NCBI GenBank assembly: GCA_965203425.1
Contig: OZ241891.1
Location: forward strand, 1,583,127 to 1,647,126
Length of the DNA: 64,000 nucleotides
Direction of reading: 5' to 3'
Source of the DNA: Limisphaerales bacterium
GTDB taxonomy: Bacteria; Verrucomicrobiota; Verrucomicrobiia; Limisphaerales; AAA164-E04
Shown here: positions 18,869-30,200 of the stretch, piece after piece
How the letters are laid out: every line of letters starts with the position of its first letter
Numbering within the stretch: position 1 is the stretch's first letter
Translations under genes and position numbers: made by a program
Notes under the pieces: model-generated
The model's database searches: none
The model's input: the letters and a program-made list of their open reading frames with translations, nothing else
What the model was told of the DNA's origin: nothing

Positions 18869-21589
18869 ATGCCGAATGCGCGGAAGTTATATCCGTTTGA
18901 TTGCATCGAACCAAAGTGGCAGCAGCATTGGTTGAGAAACAAAACCTTCAAGGCTTGGAATCCCGGCGAGGAAATGGCCGAAGGCCATCCTTTTGCCCTC
19001 CGGCACCGCTTGCGGGGAAAGGTTGCGGCGGCAGATTTGCCGCCCAAGTGCTATATTCTCGACATGTTTCCGTATCCTTCCGGAGCGGGGCTCCATGTTG
19101 GGCATCCGGAAGGCTACACGGCGACGGATATTCTCGCGCGATACAAGCGGGCTTGTGGGTTCAATGTGCTGCATCCGATGGGCTGGGACGCTTTTGGACT
19201 GCCGGCCGAACAGTATGCCGTCAAAACCGGGCAGCATCCTCAAAAGACCACCGAAGAGAACGTCGCCACTTTTCGCCGACAGATTCAGAGCTTGGGATTT
19301 AGCTACGATTGGAACCGGGAAATCAACACCACCGATCCAAAATACTACAAGTGGACGCAGTGGATTTTTCTGCAAATTTACAACGGATGGTTCAATCCTG
19401 AATTGAACCGGGCAGAACCAATCGAACGTTTCTCCTGCCCAAAAGATGTTTGCGGCGGGGCGGAGCGCAAGAAGCGTCTTCGGGACGTCCGCTTGGCTTA
19501 TGTTGCTGAGACGCCGGTGAATTGGTGTCCGGATTTAGGCACGGTGTTGGCGAATGAGGAAGTGACCGACGGGAAGAGCGAAGTGGGAGGTTTTCCAGTG
19601 GTGCGCCGTCCCATGCGCCAGTGGATGTTGCGAATCACCGCTTACGCGGAACGGCTTTTGAAGGATTTGGAGGGGATTGACTGGAGCCATTCGCTCAAGG
19701 AGATGCAGCGGAATTGGATTGGGCGATCCGAAGGAGCGGAAGTCCTCTTCCCTCTTGCCGATGGGAAAGGATCGATCTCCGTTTTTACCACGAGGCCGGA
19801 TACCTTGTTTGGGTCGACTTATATGGTTTTGTCGCCGGAACATTCCTTGGTGGAGGCCATCGTCCGCTCGGATTGCCGAGAAAGCGTGGAGGCTTATCGG
19901 GAAAAAGCCGCGGGCAAAAGCGATTTGGAGCGCACCGATTTGGCCAAGGAAAAAACCGGCGTCTTTACGGGAGCCTTTGCCGTCAATCCGGTTAACGGCG
20001 AAGAAATTCCCATTTGGATTGCGGACTACGTGCTGTCCACCTACGGCACGGGGGCCATTATGGCGGTTCCCGCCCATGATGATCGAGACTTGGAGTTTGC
20101 CACAAAATACAACCTGCCCGTTAAAAAAGTCGTCCAAGCGCCGGAAGGAATGGACTCCATCGGCTTTGTTGGAGAAGGAACCGCGGTCAATTCCGATTTT
20201 TTGAATGATTTGCCGAGCGCTCAAGCCAAAAAGAAAATCACCGCTTGGCTGGAAGAAAAGGGAAAAGGACGAAAGACCGTCCACTACAAGCTGCGAGATT
20301 GGCTATTCAGCCGTCAACGCTATTGGGGCGAGCCTTTCCCCATCGTCTGGCGCAAGGAAGAACATGAACCGGTTGACGAATCCGCCTTGCCCGTGATTCC
20401 GCCGGACTTGACTGATTACAAACCCACCCCCGAAGGCGAGCCTCCTTTGTCCAGAGCCGCGCAATGGCGCTCGACCGGCGGCGGTTTGCGACGAGAGACG
20501 AACACAATGCCGCAATGGGCCGGAAGTTGCTGGTATTATCTCCGCTACCTCGATCCCGCCAACGACGAACAATTCTGCGATCCTGAAGTGGAAAAGTATT
20601 GGATGGGCGGCGATGGCCGCAAAGGTAGCCTTCCGGGCGTAGATTTGTACATCGGCGGAACCGAACACGCGGTGCTTCACCTTCTGTATGCGCGCTTTTG
20701 GCATAAAGTATTGTATGATCTCGGATTCGTTTCCACGCCCGAACCTTTCTACAAGCTAGTGAACCAAGGACTCATCTTAGGCGAAGACGGGCAAAAGATG
20801 TCCAAGTCTCGCGGCAACGTAGTCAACCCAGATGAAATCCTCCAAAAATATGGAGCCGACGCCTTTCGGCTTTACGAGATGTTTATGGGGCCTTTGGAAA
20901 TGACAAAACCCTGGAACACGAAAGGCGTCGAAGGCGTTTATCGCTTCTTGGGACGCGTTTGGAGGCTGTTTGTCGACCCCGAAAGCGATAAGGCGTTCCA
21001 CCAAAACTGCGCCATAGAAAATGGGGAGAACACTGCGGACGAAAACGCAAAGCCGCCAACCAAACAGCTTGAGGCTATTAGGCTTGCCAAGAAAATTCAA
21101 GAGAGCGAACCCTCGCTTGAACAAACCAAAGCCCTGCACCTTTGCATCAAAAAGGTCACCGAAGATTTGAACGCGCTACGCTTCAACACGGCAATCTCCG
21201 CCCTCATGGTATTTGCCAATGAAGCAGGCCGTTGGAAGACGCTGCCTCAATCCGTCCTGCGAACTTTCCTCCGTCTTTTGGAGCCTTTTGCGCCTCACTT
21301 GGCTGAAGAACTCTTCTCAAAATTGGTTGGAAACAGCGGCGCAGGCACGATTGCCTACGAAAAATGGCCTGAATACGACGCATCCCTATTGATGGAAGAT
21401 ACCGTTGAAATTCCGATTCAAGTCAATGGAAAACTGCGCGCGCGGTTAAAAGTTCGTCGAACGGCGTCCAAGGCGGAAATGGAAACGCTCGCGTCGAAGT
21501 CTTCTTCAATTCAGCCGTTCATTGAAGGCAAGACCGTGCGCAAAATCATCGTCGTGCCGCAAAAACTCGTCAACTTGGTGATCGATTGA
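18869..21589 (+). CDS. leuS: leucyl-tRNA synthetase
   Basis: [21 protein letters not shown]..., HIGH motif ([10 protein letters not shown]), KMSKS motif (QKMSKSRGN), CP1 editing region. 906 aa from ATG 18869. Confidence 0.95.
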   Translation: MPNARKLYPFDCIEPKWQQHWLRNKTFKAWNPGEEMAEGHPFALRHRLRGKVAAADLPPKCYILDMFPYPSGAGLHVGHPEGYTATDILARYKRACGFNVLHPMGWDAFGLPAEQYAVKTGQHPQKTTEENVATFRRQIQSLGFSYDWNREINTTDPKYYKWTQWIFLQIYNGWFNPELNRAEPIERFSCPKDVCGGAERKKRLRDVRLAYVAETPVNWCPDLGTVLANEEVTDGKSEVGGFPVVRRPMRQWMLRITAYAERLLKDLEGIDWSHSLKEMQRNWIGRSEGAEVLFPLADGKGSISVFTTRPDTLFGSTYMVLSPEHSLVEAIVRSDCRESVEAYREKAAGKSDLERTDLAKEKTGVFTGAFAVNPVNGEEIPIWIADYVLSTYGTGAIMAVPAHDDRDLEFATKYNLPVKKVVQAPEGMDSIGFVGEGTAVNSDFLNDLPSAQAKKKITAWLEEKGKGRKTVHYKLRDWLFSRQRYWGEPFPIVWRKEEHEPVDESALPVIPPDLTDYKPTPEGEPPLSRAAQWRSTGGGLRRETNTMPQWAGSCWYYLRYLDPANDEQFCDPEVEKYWMGGDGRKGSLPGVDLYIGGTEHAVLHLLYARFWHKVLYDLGFVSTPEPFYKLVNQGLILGEDGQKMSKSRGNVVNPDEILQKYGADAFRLYEMFMGPLEMTKPWNTKGVEGVYRFLGRVWRLFVDPESDKAFHQNCAIENGENTADENAKPPTKQLEAIRLAKKIQESEPSLEQTKALHLCIKKVTEDLNALRFNTAISALMVFANEAGRWKTLPQSVLRTFLRLLEPFAPHLAEELFSKLVGNSGAGTIAYEKWPEYDASLLMEDTVEIPIQVNGKLRARLKVRRTASKAEMETLASKSSSIQPFIEGKTVRKIIVVPQKLVNLVID

Positions 21590-21647
21590 CCCGCATCTTC
21601 CGCCGGCGAACAAAAACCCATTTACAAACACTTTTTGCCGCGCGAGT

Positions 21648-22808
21648 TCAATTTGCGATCTCCGAGGGAACAGTTCCATCGCTGGTCGGCGTTCCCTCCA
21701 AAAGCCAAGCGAGATTGAATCGGGCAACCGTCGATCCTCCTTTTGGCCCGCCTTCAAAATGGAGATAAATCCAGCCTTCGGACGGAGTTTTCGGGCGCCC
21801 GGCATTGAGAGAAGAGTAGGCAAATTTTCCTTTGAATAACAGGCGTTTCAAAGGCCAAGTTTTGCCGCCGTCAAAGCTGCCCCAAACCGTGCCGTGCCGT
21901 CGTCCGCTGGGACTGTCGCAATTGCTGTACAGCAAGATGTTCCAGCCTTGTATCGGGAGGCGGATAAGTCCCCCCATGCATCCGTAGTTAGTATCTTGCG
22001 GGCCGTCCGGCAAAACCTCCACAATCCGCCAATTTTCCCAAGTGTGTCCGCCGTCTGCGCTGTCGGCGGCGCGGCGTTTCCGATTGTTGGGACGCATGTG
22101 CCAATGAACGCGAGAGTTGTAGTAAATGCTACCGTCCGACAATTCCGCAATGGCGGCTTCTCCGGTGCCGTTTTCTGGAAAGGGATTGCTGCTCCACCAA
22201 GTAAAGCCTCCGTCGTCGCTGTAAACAGCGTTGGTGTAGTGAGTAGGCCATTCTTCCCGTGCGTTCTTTTTCCCATAGTAGCGCGAGGGACGAATCAATC
22301 GCCCTTTGTGCTTCCCTCGTTGAATGGTGATGCCGTGCTCGTTCATGTGCATCGAAGGCACGTTGCCGCGATTATCGGGATGGATGATCGGTTTTTCGGC
22401 ATTCCAAGTTTTGCCGTCGTCCCGACTTCGATAGAGGGTCAAAGGCGCCGGTGGATGCCGATCCTCCACAAAAATCAAAATGTCGCCTGAAGATTCGTCC
22501 ACCGTGGTGCCCCCGCCGTGAAAGCCAGCCGCGTCAATGACAATGTTCGGACCCCAAGTCTTCCCTCCGTCTTCACTGCGCCGAGCTTTTACCCCTTTGC
22601 TCCCCCAAGTAGCCAGCACGGTGCCTTTGACGCTGACGACGATGTTCGGAAATCGTTCCTCGTCAAAAAGGGGTTGCGTCTCCAACTTCGGCTCCCCGAG
22701 AAAAGCTGAAAGACAGCCTTCAATCGGCTGGCCGGCATCTGCGGTACTGTAGGCGACAGCGGCGGCAAAGCTCGCGGCGGCAAAAATAAATTTCTCGTAT
22801 TTTCCCAT
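21648..22808 (-). CDS. BNR/Asp-box repeat exo-alpha-sialidase-like glycoside hydrolase
   Basis: Five Asp-boxes (SEDGGKTW, SRDDGKTW, SDDGGFTW, SADGGHTW, SFDGGKTW) and a signal peptide (FIFAAASFAAAVAYSTADA). Confidence 0.85.
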   Translation of the reverse strand: MGKYEKFIFAAASFAAAVAYSTADAGQPIEGCLSAFLGEPKLETQPLFDEERFPNIVVSVKGTVLATWGSKGVKARRSEDGGKTWGPNIVIDAAGFHGGGTTVDESSGDILIFVEDRHPPAPLTLYRSRDDGKTWNAEKPIIHPDNRGNVPSMHMNEHGITIQRGKHKGRLIRPSRYYGKKNAREEWPTHYTNAVYSDDGGFTWWSSNPFPENGTGEAAIAELSDGSIYYNSRVHWHMRPNNRKRRAADSADGGHTWENWRIVEVLPDGPQDTNYGCMGGLIRLPIQGWNILLYSNCDSPSGRRHGTVWGSFDGGKTWPLKRLLFKGKFAYSSLNAGRPKTPSEGWIYLHFEGGPKGGSTVARFNLAWLLEGTPTSDGTVPSEIAN

Positions 22809-22942
22809 GGCTAAAGCGAAAGTATCTCTCTTGCCGAGCTAATAGGAAAGCCTTTTTATCCCCATTTCCTTGTTTATTCATGTTTCTCTTGGCTTTTTCA
22901 CATGGGTGAGAAGACGCAGGAAAGGAAAAACGCCAGTCCATA

Positions 22943-23169
22943 TTGACAAATTTATAGAACTCTCAAATAATTATTCTCTGTCGGTGATTTCTGTCATTCC
23001 GCTGAAAGCGAGGCAGATGAGATGGGTTCGCCCGATGCGGAGAAAGAGATGTAAGCAGAGAGAGAAGAATTAGTTATTCAGCAAGCTCAAAGCCATACCT
23101 CATTGGTGGTGTGGAAGGGAAGTTTCATCAGACGGTTCTTGGCGTTATTTGTATCGTGTTAGATTGAAT
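22943..23169 (+). repeat. copy 1 of a ~230-nt repeated element with its own sigma70-like promoter (candidate small RNA)
   Basis: TTGACA (22943) - 17 nt - AATAAT (22966), followed by sequence shared with 48516..48743. Identical blocks are ATAATTATTCTCTGTCG, GATGCGGAGAAAGA and TTATTTGTATCGTGTTAGATTGAAT. Indels are not multiples of 3 and there is no shared reading frame. Confidence 0.55.
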
Positions 23170-24244
23170 CACACTTCGGTAATTCTTCAATGTAAGATAG
23201 AAAAGCCGGATTAATATATCAGAGCATTGAAAAGGATAAATGGTCGAGAATAGGATTATCCCTAGAGCACATCAAGATTATGGAAATCGGTGTAATAATG
23301 ACGCTGTCATTGTAGTTTTTATATACTACGGACGTTTCCGAGGAAACAGAACAAGGAAGCGTTCGGGCATTGAAAAGCTATCTAATATGGCGAATGCTGT
23401 GCAAAATGAGTGGGGATCAGTTGAGCCCTTTTATTGAAATATTAGATTTCGCAAAAATCAAAAATCAACAAGTGGATAACGTTATAATTAAATTTTTTAA
23501 AGATCAATCTTCCGAAAATTGTATCTGACCTGATGACTGCAAAATAATTGATTATATCACCATGTTTTCAGTGCCTGGCAGTAAAGCGGGAAAAATGATG
23601 ACTTTTGAAGCAATCGAAACACACATCAAAACTAAGTCTATAAAGCCTCTTAGTGACAGCAAAACTAACTACCAAGTATATTCTACCACAGAAAGAGTGG
23701 GGCGGGAATATCGAAAAAGTTGAGAAGAATCCGTCGATCTTATTGAGAATTTAACTCTAACTTGAGGAACGGAGTAAACAACTAACATAGAAGATTGTTA
23801 AAATATGGATGTGCGCCGGTGATATTTAGCTGAACAAAAAGCATTGCCAGCTAGAGTGTGTTGAAATCCTCAACATTCGCGGGGATCCGTTGAAACAAGT
23901 CGATCTGGTTAAAAACACGATAATGTACAAAGCCAATTTTATTGACAACGAGCAGAAGGCAAATCAGTTGCAGGGAATGCTTTAGAATAACTGATGGCGG
24001 GAAAAATATGGAAAAGGTAAGGTACCTCAAATCCGCATCGGTAGATTCTTGAAGTATTAGACTATGACGGGAATTAGCAAATAAGTCGCCATTCACTGCA
24101 CATAGACAAAGTTTCTCAATTACATCAAAAAGTCAAACCAAATAGTGAAAACGTTGTAAAAAACATTAAGTGGTGTTGATGAATTCATGGAATCCCGATA
24201 AATGTTTCTCCGTCGATAGTCTCTTTTGAAGATCACTTATGGTA

Positions 24245-24532
24245 TTACACTTGCTCATCAGCAATACGCTTGGGTCGACAATCGATCCCGTGCTCCAAGA
24301 ACTCAAGCACGTAGTCGTCACCCAAAAACGGTGGATAAAGGTCCCAGTCTCCAAGGATCCCTTTGCTGTGGTCTACGACTTGAGTTGATTGGTTGAGAGG
24401 GTAATGCCTGTTCTGATGGCTACTGTCATGGGCAAAGGTATACAACATGACTAGATGTCGATGTTTGGCGGTACTGGTACTATCGCTACGCCATATGACA
24501 AGATCGTTCGAACTTTCCTGGCGTTTGTTCAT
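24245..24532 (-). CDS. hypothetical 95-aa protein inside the AT-rich island
   Basis: ATG 24532 is preceded by AGGTGG 7 nt upstream. Sequence: MNKRQESSNDLVIWRSDSTSTAKHRHLVMLYTFAHD... No family recognised. It is the only ORF in the island with a convincing SD. Confidence 0.3.
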   Translation of the reverse strand: MNKRQESSNDLVIWRSDSTSTAKHRHLVMLYTFAHDSSHQNRHYPLNQSTQVVDHSKGILGDWDLYPPFLGDDYVLEFLEHGIDCRPKRIADEQV

Positions 24533-25038
24533 CTCGTGACCACCTGCGTCATGCTTTGATAATTCCTCAACACAGCTCAAATATAAAAAGGACTAAGCTT
24601 AGTGATATGGGAAATTTGGTCTAGGCAAGTTCACACGGAAAAATAGGAGAATTAGCGCTACGAAGTAAATAAATCAAAAATATTTCTCCAATCTCAATCG
24701 CTAAAAGTAACCAAAAAATCTAGAGTCAAACGGAAAATAGCACTTTTCCATGGCCGATCTAGGGGAAGTCTAAAGAGTTGCATAGATATTAGAAAAATCT
24801 TGTGTAGAGTGGTTGATATTTAATTCGCTCCTCGAACGCAGATTGCGCTGGAGTGGGCTAGAGTATCGTTGAAACAGACAAATTATTCACTCTAAACAAA
24901 CAATCAGATGGAAAAACTCTCCACATCCCCAAAACTCAAATCTGTATTCCTCGGCATTATATTGATCACGGTTGCATAAGGGCAATACGCCATCGATTGC
25001 TTCATTCTCTGTTACGTTTCGGCATTCATTGAGGAATA

Positions 25039-25560
25039 ATGCGTGAGAATTCGAGAGGAGGGATTTCAGGAAAAATACACAAGAGTCAACAGACTTTCTG
25101 TGGGAAGCGACAGATCGGCCGGCCGCCGGCGGCGCTTTCGCTAGACAGCGTCAGTATAAAAACTCCGCCTGATGCGACCGGCAAACTATCAAAACAGCCC
25201 GCAGTTTATTGGCAAATCTTGTAGAGGCTGGCCAACGAAGATTCATAGGGTTACCACAGACAATTGCACGGGTGGGAAAAGCATGCCCAATCGCTATCGC
25301 GGATGGATTTTATTTATGAAAGTAGCGAAAGGTAACAACCGTGGCGATGGGATTGGAGTCGGCAGTTTCTCTATTGAAGGGCCGTCGAGATTCTTAGGCA
25401 TATAACTAAGAGAAGTATAAGAGGCACAACGAAGTGGAACAATTATTCCGCCGATGAAAGGAATATTGAAAGGAATATTGCCGAGTCTCCCCTCGCTGGG
25501 AGAAATTTTTGACGTGTTTTTCCTCGGCTCTGTCATGTTCCATCTTCTTGGATATGTTGA
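25039..25560 (+). mobile_element. IS5/IS4-superfamily (DDE_Tnp_1) transposase remnant, multiply frameshifted
   Basis: Three consecutive frames carry family landmarks in the correct order: LDSVSIKT (from 25141), GKSCRGWPTKIHRVTTDN (25211, compare GRSRGGxTTKIHxxxD) and YSADERNIERNIAE (25441, compare YKxRNxIERxF). No intact ORF and no ends identified. Confidence 0.5.
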
Positions 25561-25854
25561 TGCGTTTATGCCTGCTAATATTGTCTTTCTGGAGTTTTTG
25601 TTGCGTCATCTTTTATCGGCGGAAATTGACAACGGGGAAATCGAATCGCGTTGAGAGAATAGCGGGTGTCGCGGATGAACTTGACTTTGCCTCCGCAACT
25701 GGCGCAATGGTAGACCTTTTCTTTCTCCGGCAGATAGACATTTTCTACTAGCCGATGCCAATCCGCCCTCATAAGAACAGAGGAAGACGAACTGTATGTT
25801 ATTTTTCGCAGCGGCCATTTTTTTAAAAAATTAATCATCTTAATCCACGAATCA

Positions 25855-27285
25855 TTAGGCTAGGATTTTCGTTAGCACGTGGCCGTGGACGTCGGTAAGC
25901 CGCATGTCGCGTCCGCTAAAACGCACGGTCAAGCGGGTGTGGTCAATGCCCAGCAGGTGGAGCATGGTTGCGTGCAGGTCGTAAATTTCCACGCGGTTTT
26001 CGACGGCTTTGTATCCATATTCGTCAGTGGCGCCGTAGGCGGTGCCGCCTTGGACGCCGCCGCCGGCTAGCCAGATGGAGAAGCCAAAAGGGTTGTGATC
26101 CCTACCGTCGGCGCCTTGGGAGAAAGGCGTGCGCCCGAACTCTCCGCACCAGATGACTAAGGTTTCGTTCAAGAGGCCTCGGCTTTTGAGGTCGGCCAAG
26201 AGGGCGCCAATTGGTTGGTCTACCGCGCGGGCGTTGTTGGCGTGTCCGCGCAGCAGGCCGGAGTGTTGGTCCCAACGGTCGGCGCCGACGCTGGGGCAGG
26301 TCAATTCTATGAAGCGGACGCCTCGTTCCACTAATCGCCTGGCCAGCAGGCATTCTGTGCCGAAGGTTCGGGTGGCTTCGAACTCGGATTCCAAGCCGTA
26401 GAGCCGTCGCGTTTGAAGGGATTCGCTGTTTAGGGACATTAGTTCTGGCACTGCGGACTGCATCCGAAAAGCGAGTTCGTAGTTGGCAATGGCGGATTCA
26501 ACGGCGCTTGCTCGTCCCATCCGTTTTAGCGAGCTTCGGTCTAAGGCTTCCAAAAGCCCCAGTTTGTTTTGTTGGAGCCGTGGAGTTTTTTCTTTGGATT
26601 GGATATTTGCCACCGGCGGGTCAGAAGGGCGGAAGACGGATCCTTGAAATGTGGCTGGCAAGAAGCCGTTGGAGAAGTTGTCCAGTCCGCCCGGAGGCGT
26701 GAGACCTCCGTTGAGGACGACGAATCCGGGCAGGTTTTGGTTTTCGGTGCCGAGTCCGTAGGCAACCCAAGCGCCGGCGCTCGGCCGTCCGGACAGTCCC
26801 AATCCGGTATGCAAAAAGTAGTTTCCGTTGGTGTGTTCCGAGAATTCGGAGACCATTGAGCGGATAACGCATAGTTCGTCCGCTTGTTTGGCGACGTGAG
26901 GGAAGAGATCGCTGATTTCGATGCCGCTTTGTCCGTGTTTTTTGAATTCCCAATGTCCGCCGAAGGTGTTGCCGTTGTTGTTGAACTGGGTCGGCTCTAT
27001 TTTCATTTTGAAGGGTTGGCCGTGTTCGGCTTTCAATCGGGGCTTGGGATCAAAGGTGTCCATGTGCGCCGGCCCGCCGTCCATGTAAAGCATGATGACG
27101 TGCTTGGCGCGGGACGCAAAGTGCGGCGGCTTGGGCGCTAGGGGATTTGCTGCGGCTGAAGCCGAATCTCCGAGCGCTTGATTCTTGCTGTGCAGGAGGG
27201 ACAGCAGGGCAAGGCCGCCAAATCCATTGGAGCATCGGGAGAGCATTTCTCGGCGGCTGATGGGCTGATGGAATCTCGATTTCAT
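25855..27285 (-). CDS. DUF1501 domain protein (sulfatase-like, Tat signal)
   Basis: MKSRFHQPISRREMLSRCSNGFGGLALLSL, then a typical DUF1501 body ending ...RDMRLTDVHGHVLTKILA. Start moved to ATG 27285, directly after the upstream stop at 27288. Confidence 0.9.
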   Translation of the reverse strand: MKSRFHQPISRREMLSRCSNGFGGLALLSLLHSKNQALGDSASAAANPLAPKPPHFASRAKHVIMLYMDGGPAHMDTFDPKPRLKAEHGQPFKMKIEPTQFNNNGNTFGGHWEFKKHGQSGIEISDLFPHVAKQADELCVIRSMVSEFSEHTNGNYFLHTGLGLSGRPSAGAWVAYGLGTENQNLPGFVVLNGGLTPPGGLDNFSNGFLPATFQGSVFRPSDPPVANIQSKEKTPRLQQNKLGLLEALDRSSLKRMGRASAVESAIANYELAFRMQSAVPELMSLNSESLQTRRLYGLESEFEATRTFGTECLLARRLVERGVRFIELTCPSVGADRWDQHSGLLRGHANNARAVDQPIGALLADLKSRGLLNETLVIWCGEFGRTPFSQGADGRDHNPFGFSIWLAGGGVQGGTAYGATDEYGYKAVENRVEIYDLHATMLHLLGIDHTRLTVRFSGRDMRLTDVHGHVLTKILA

Positions 27286-27287
27286 GG

Positions 27288-30200
27288 CTAATCTAAGAAG
27301 ATGAATTCTTTGGCGTTGAAAAGAACGTGGCAAAAGTCTGACCAAGCTTGCCGGTTGCCGTTTTCTTTTTCTTCAATGTAAATTTTGCTTTGTTTTTGAA
27401 TAAATTCGAGTGCGAGGCGGTTTTCTTCCGGGGTTGGCTCCCTGCCTAAGGCGGCAAAGTAAGCGCGGGCGATCCGTTCTGCGGGTGCGGTTGTTTGGGA
27501 AAGCAGTTTTCCGGCCCAACTTGCGGCTTGGTGAATGCCAAGCGGGTCGTTCATAAGGATCAACGCCTGCGCAGGCACGTTGGAGACGGAGCGTTTGCCG
27601 AAGGTTGCGTGTGGGATTGGCGCGTCGAAGGCGAGCATTGCGGGGGAAAGAAAATTCCGCCGCACTTCTTGGTAAATGGTTCGGCGCCGCTCACCGTCTA
27701 AGGGGCCGTTGCGGCCTGGTCGCCCGCGCCCGGTCATAAATGGCGTCAAATGCACCGGCACCGGTTTCCCAAATTGCCTCAAATCCAAGTCACCGGAGAC
27801 AAGGAGCATGGCGTCGCGGATGGCTTCTCCTTCCAAACGTCGGATGGGCATTTTGTGGAACCAGCGATTCGTCGGATCCTGTTCGTCGGCGACGGCGTTC
27901 GGCTTGGAGGCCATTTGGTAAGTGGAAGAGGTGGCCAGCAGTCGAATCAATCGTTTGGAAGACCATTCGCCTTCGGTGACGAACCAATGAGCTAGCCAGT
28001 TCAAAAGATCTGGATGAGTAGGCTCTTCTCCTAATACGCCGAAGTTGTCCGGCGTTGGAACGATGCCGCGTCCGAAAAGGTGGTGCCAAATGCGGTTGAC
28101 ATACACTCGCGCCGTCAATGGATTCTGCGGGTGGGCAATGTGTTCCGCCCATTCGCGGCGTCCGGAACCTGCCTCACCAACCGGACGAAACGAATCCAGA
28201 GCTTCGAGGAATTTTCGAGGCGCGGTTTCTCCGAGCATTCTTGGATTTCCTCGGACAAACACGGCGGAGTCTTTCCCGGAACCCTCAACCATTGCCGGCG
28301 ACAACGTCGGAGGCGGAATTTGGTCGGCAATGGCAGTGTATTCGGCTTGGGCTTGATGAAATGGCTCTTCCCTGCCCGGCGCAAGTAGTAGTTCTTTTTT
28401 GGTCAGCCAATTCAGCCATTCTAGGTCTTCTAGGGAGAGCCGGTCGTTCGTTTTTTCGTTTTTTTGTTTTTTGTCAAAGTTCCATCGTTGGATTATTTCC
28501 AGCGTCTTTTGCTCGCAGGCCGCTAAAAAGTCCGCCGATTCCGCTCTCTCTCCGGCCAAACTTCGCAAATAGTTTTCCGGCACTGGCAGAGGAAGGGGCG
28601 GGGATGGCTTTGACGAGGCGATCCCTTGATAAACCGCAAACCATCCGTTGGCGCCGTAGTCGGCTCGGCCTCCGGCCAGATCGCCTGTCGAAGTGTCTTT
28701 GAGTTCGACGTATGCATTGCGCCCGCGCCAGCGGTTTAGGTCGAATGTGATCCAACGTTTCTCGGAGTGGCTTAGATGTTTCTTGAGTCCGCCGTAGATG
28801 GGGTTGCGAATCAGGTTGAAATTGTCGATCACAACGTTGATTCGGCTGTTCTCTCCCGACGCAAGCACGTGAAGATAACGCTCGCGGATGGCAAAGGTGG
28901 GCGAGCGCAGGCTTCCTTGAAAACGTTTAGAGTAGCGAGCGCTGTGAATGGACGGTTGCGTCTCCATCAAGACGGTTGCGTGAGCGCCGGAAAGCAAAAG
29001 TTCTCCGGCATTTGTTTGAGCGTCCACTAGTGCGGGTCCGTCAAAAAACCAGCCGCTCCATCCATTCGATTTAGCGTCCGCCATCCCGATGCCGAGTGTC
29101 TCCACCGCTTTTGCGGGCGCGTCCGAAAGTTTCTTTTCCTGCTTCTGCTGGCGGTTGTGGAAGATCGTTTGTTTTTCGGATTTGTCGGGATTGGCCGGCC
29201 TCGTCAACGCAAACAGGGGATGGCGCTTGCCAACGGATCGAGATTCATCCAGCGCTTCCACCCAACGATTCAGCAAAACGGGATGAAGTTTCTCCGTTGC
29301 GGCCTCGACAACAATTCGTTCCCAAGAGGGCAATGGCCGGTTTTGGAACCCGAAGAATTGCTTCCGTTCGCTAAAGACAAAGTGATCCGCCGCCACGTAT
29401 CCCCAGTCATCCGAAGCGTCGTCTTTGAGTTCGATTTTTGCTTGCCGTCCACGAAACTCCCGCACGTCCCATCGCTTCGGACGAAATTGATCATCTCGAT
29501 TCCCCGCCGCCATTCTCGCCGCTTTTCCGTCCACTAACAAATGAACGGAGACTCCCTTGGAGCCTCCGGAGATTAGAAAGTGAATGTAATCTCTTTGGAT
29601 GGAGAAGGATTTACTTAGAAGTCGGCCTCGATTTTGTTTCCCCTTCTCCGTTCCCGCGCTGTTTGAGCTGGCAAATCTTTGTCCCAAACCGCCGCCAAAA
29701 GACGCGCCGTTAGAGGAATTTTTGCCGTCGAAGGGGTTGTCGGCAAAAGCGTCTCCCTCGCCTTCCCATCGTTTTTCCGGGAATTTTTCAAAGTCTTCGA
29801 AGAGAATGTCGAGCGGAATCGCTTCCGTGTTCAGCGGGATGCTTTCGGATTCTTGAAAGCGGGCAGGAGAGCCGGCGGTAGATGCCAAGGACGGTTGATC
29901 TGCGCGGGAATCGGCAAGCAATCTGAGTCCTGCGCGGACGTATTCGGCCAACGAGTCGGCATTTTTCAGCCAGGCGATGAAGGCCGCTTCTCTTGCGGCC
30001 GTTTTCTTTGCCTTCAAGCGGTTTCTGAAACTGCCCCAAGTCTCCGGCGCGTCGACTGCCGCTTCGTGGTAGCGCGAGCTGCGCAACACGCCGTAGAGCG
30101 AGTAAAAATCCTTTGTCGAAATCGCGTCAAACTTGTGATCGTGGCAGCGGGCGCAGGAAATCGTCAGCCCCAAAAAGGTTTTTGAGAGAACGTCAATTTG

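Noticed and set aside
22943-23169. The 230-nt repeat considered as a MITE or IS end.
   Set aside because: Its ends are not inverted repeats of each other, and no target-site duplication is visible around either copy. The possibility is kept open in the finding.
24908-24979. 23-codon ORF (MEKLSTSPKLKSVFLGIILITVA) that could be a type I toxin-like hydrophobic peptide.
   Set aside because: There is no Shine-Dalgarno sequence and no recognisable antisense RNA or partner. It is expected by chance in AT-rich DNA.
25575-25838. 87-aa minus-strand ORF with YHCASCGG (zinc-ribbon-like).
   Set aside because: It has only one CxxC pair and no second half-site. It lies in decayed AT-rich sequence next to the IS relic, so it cannot be supported as a gene.
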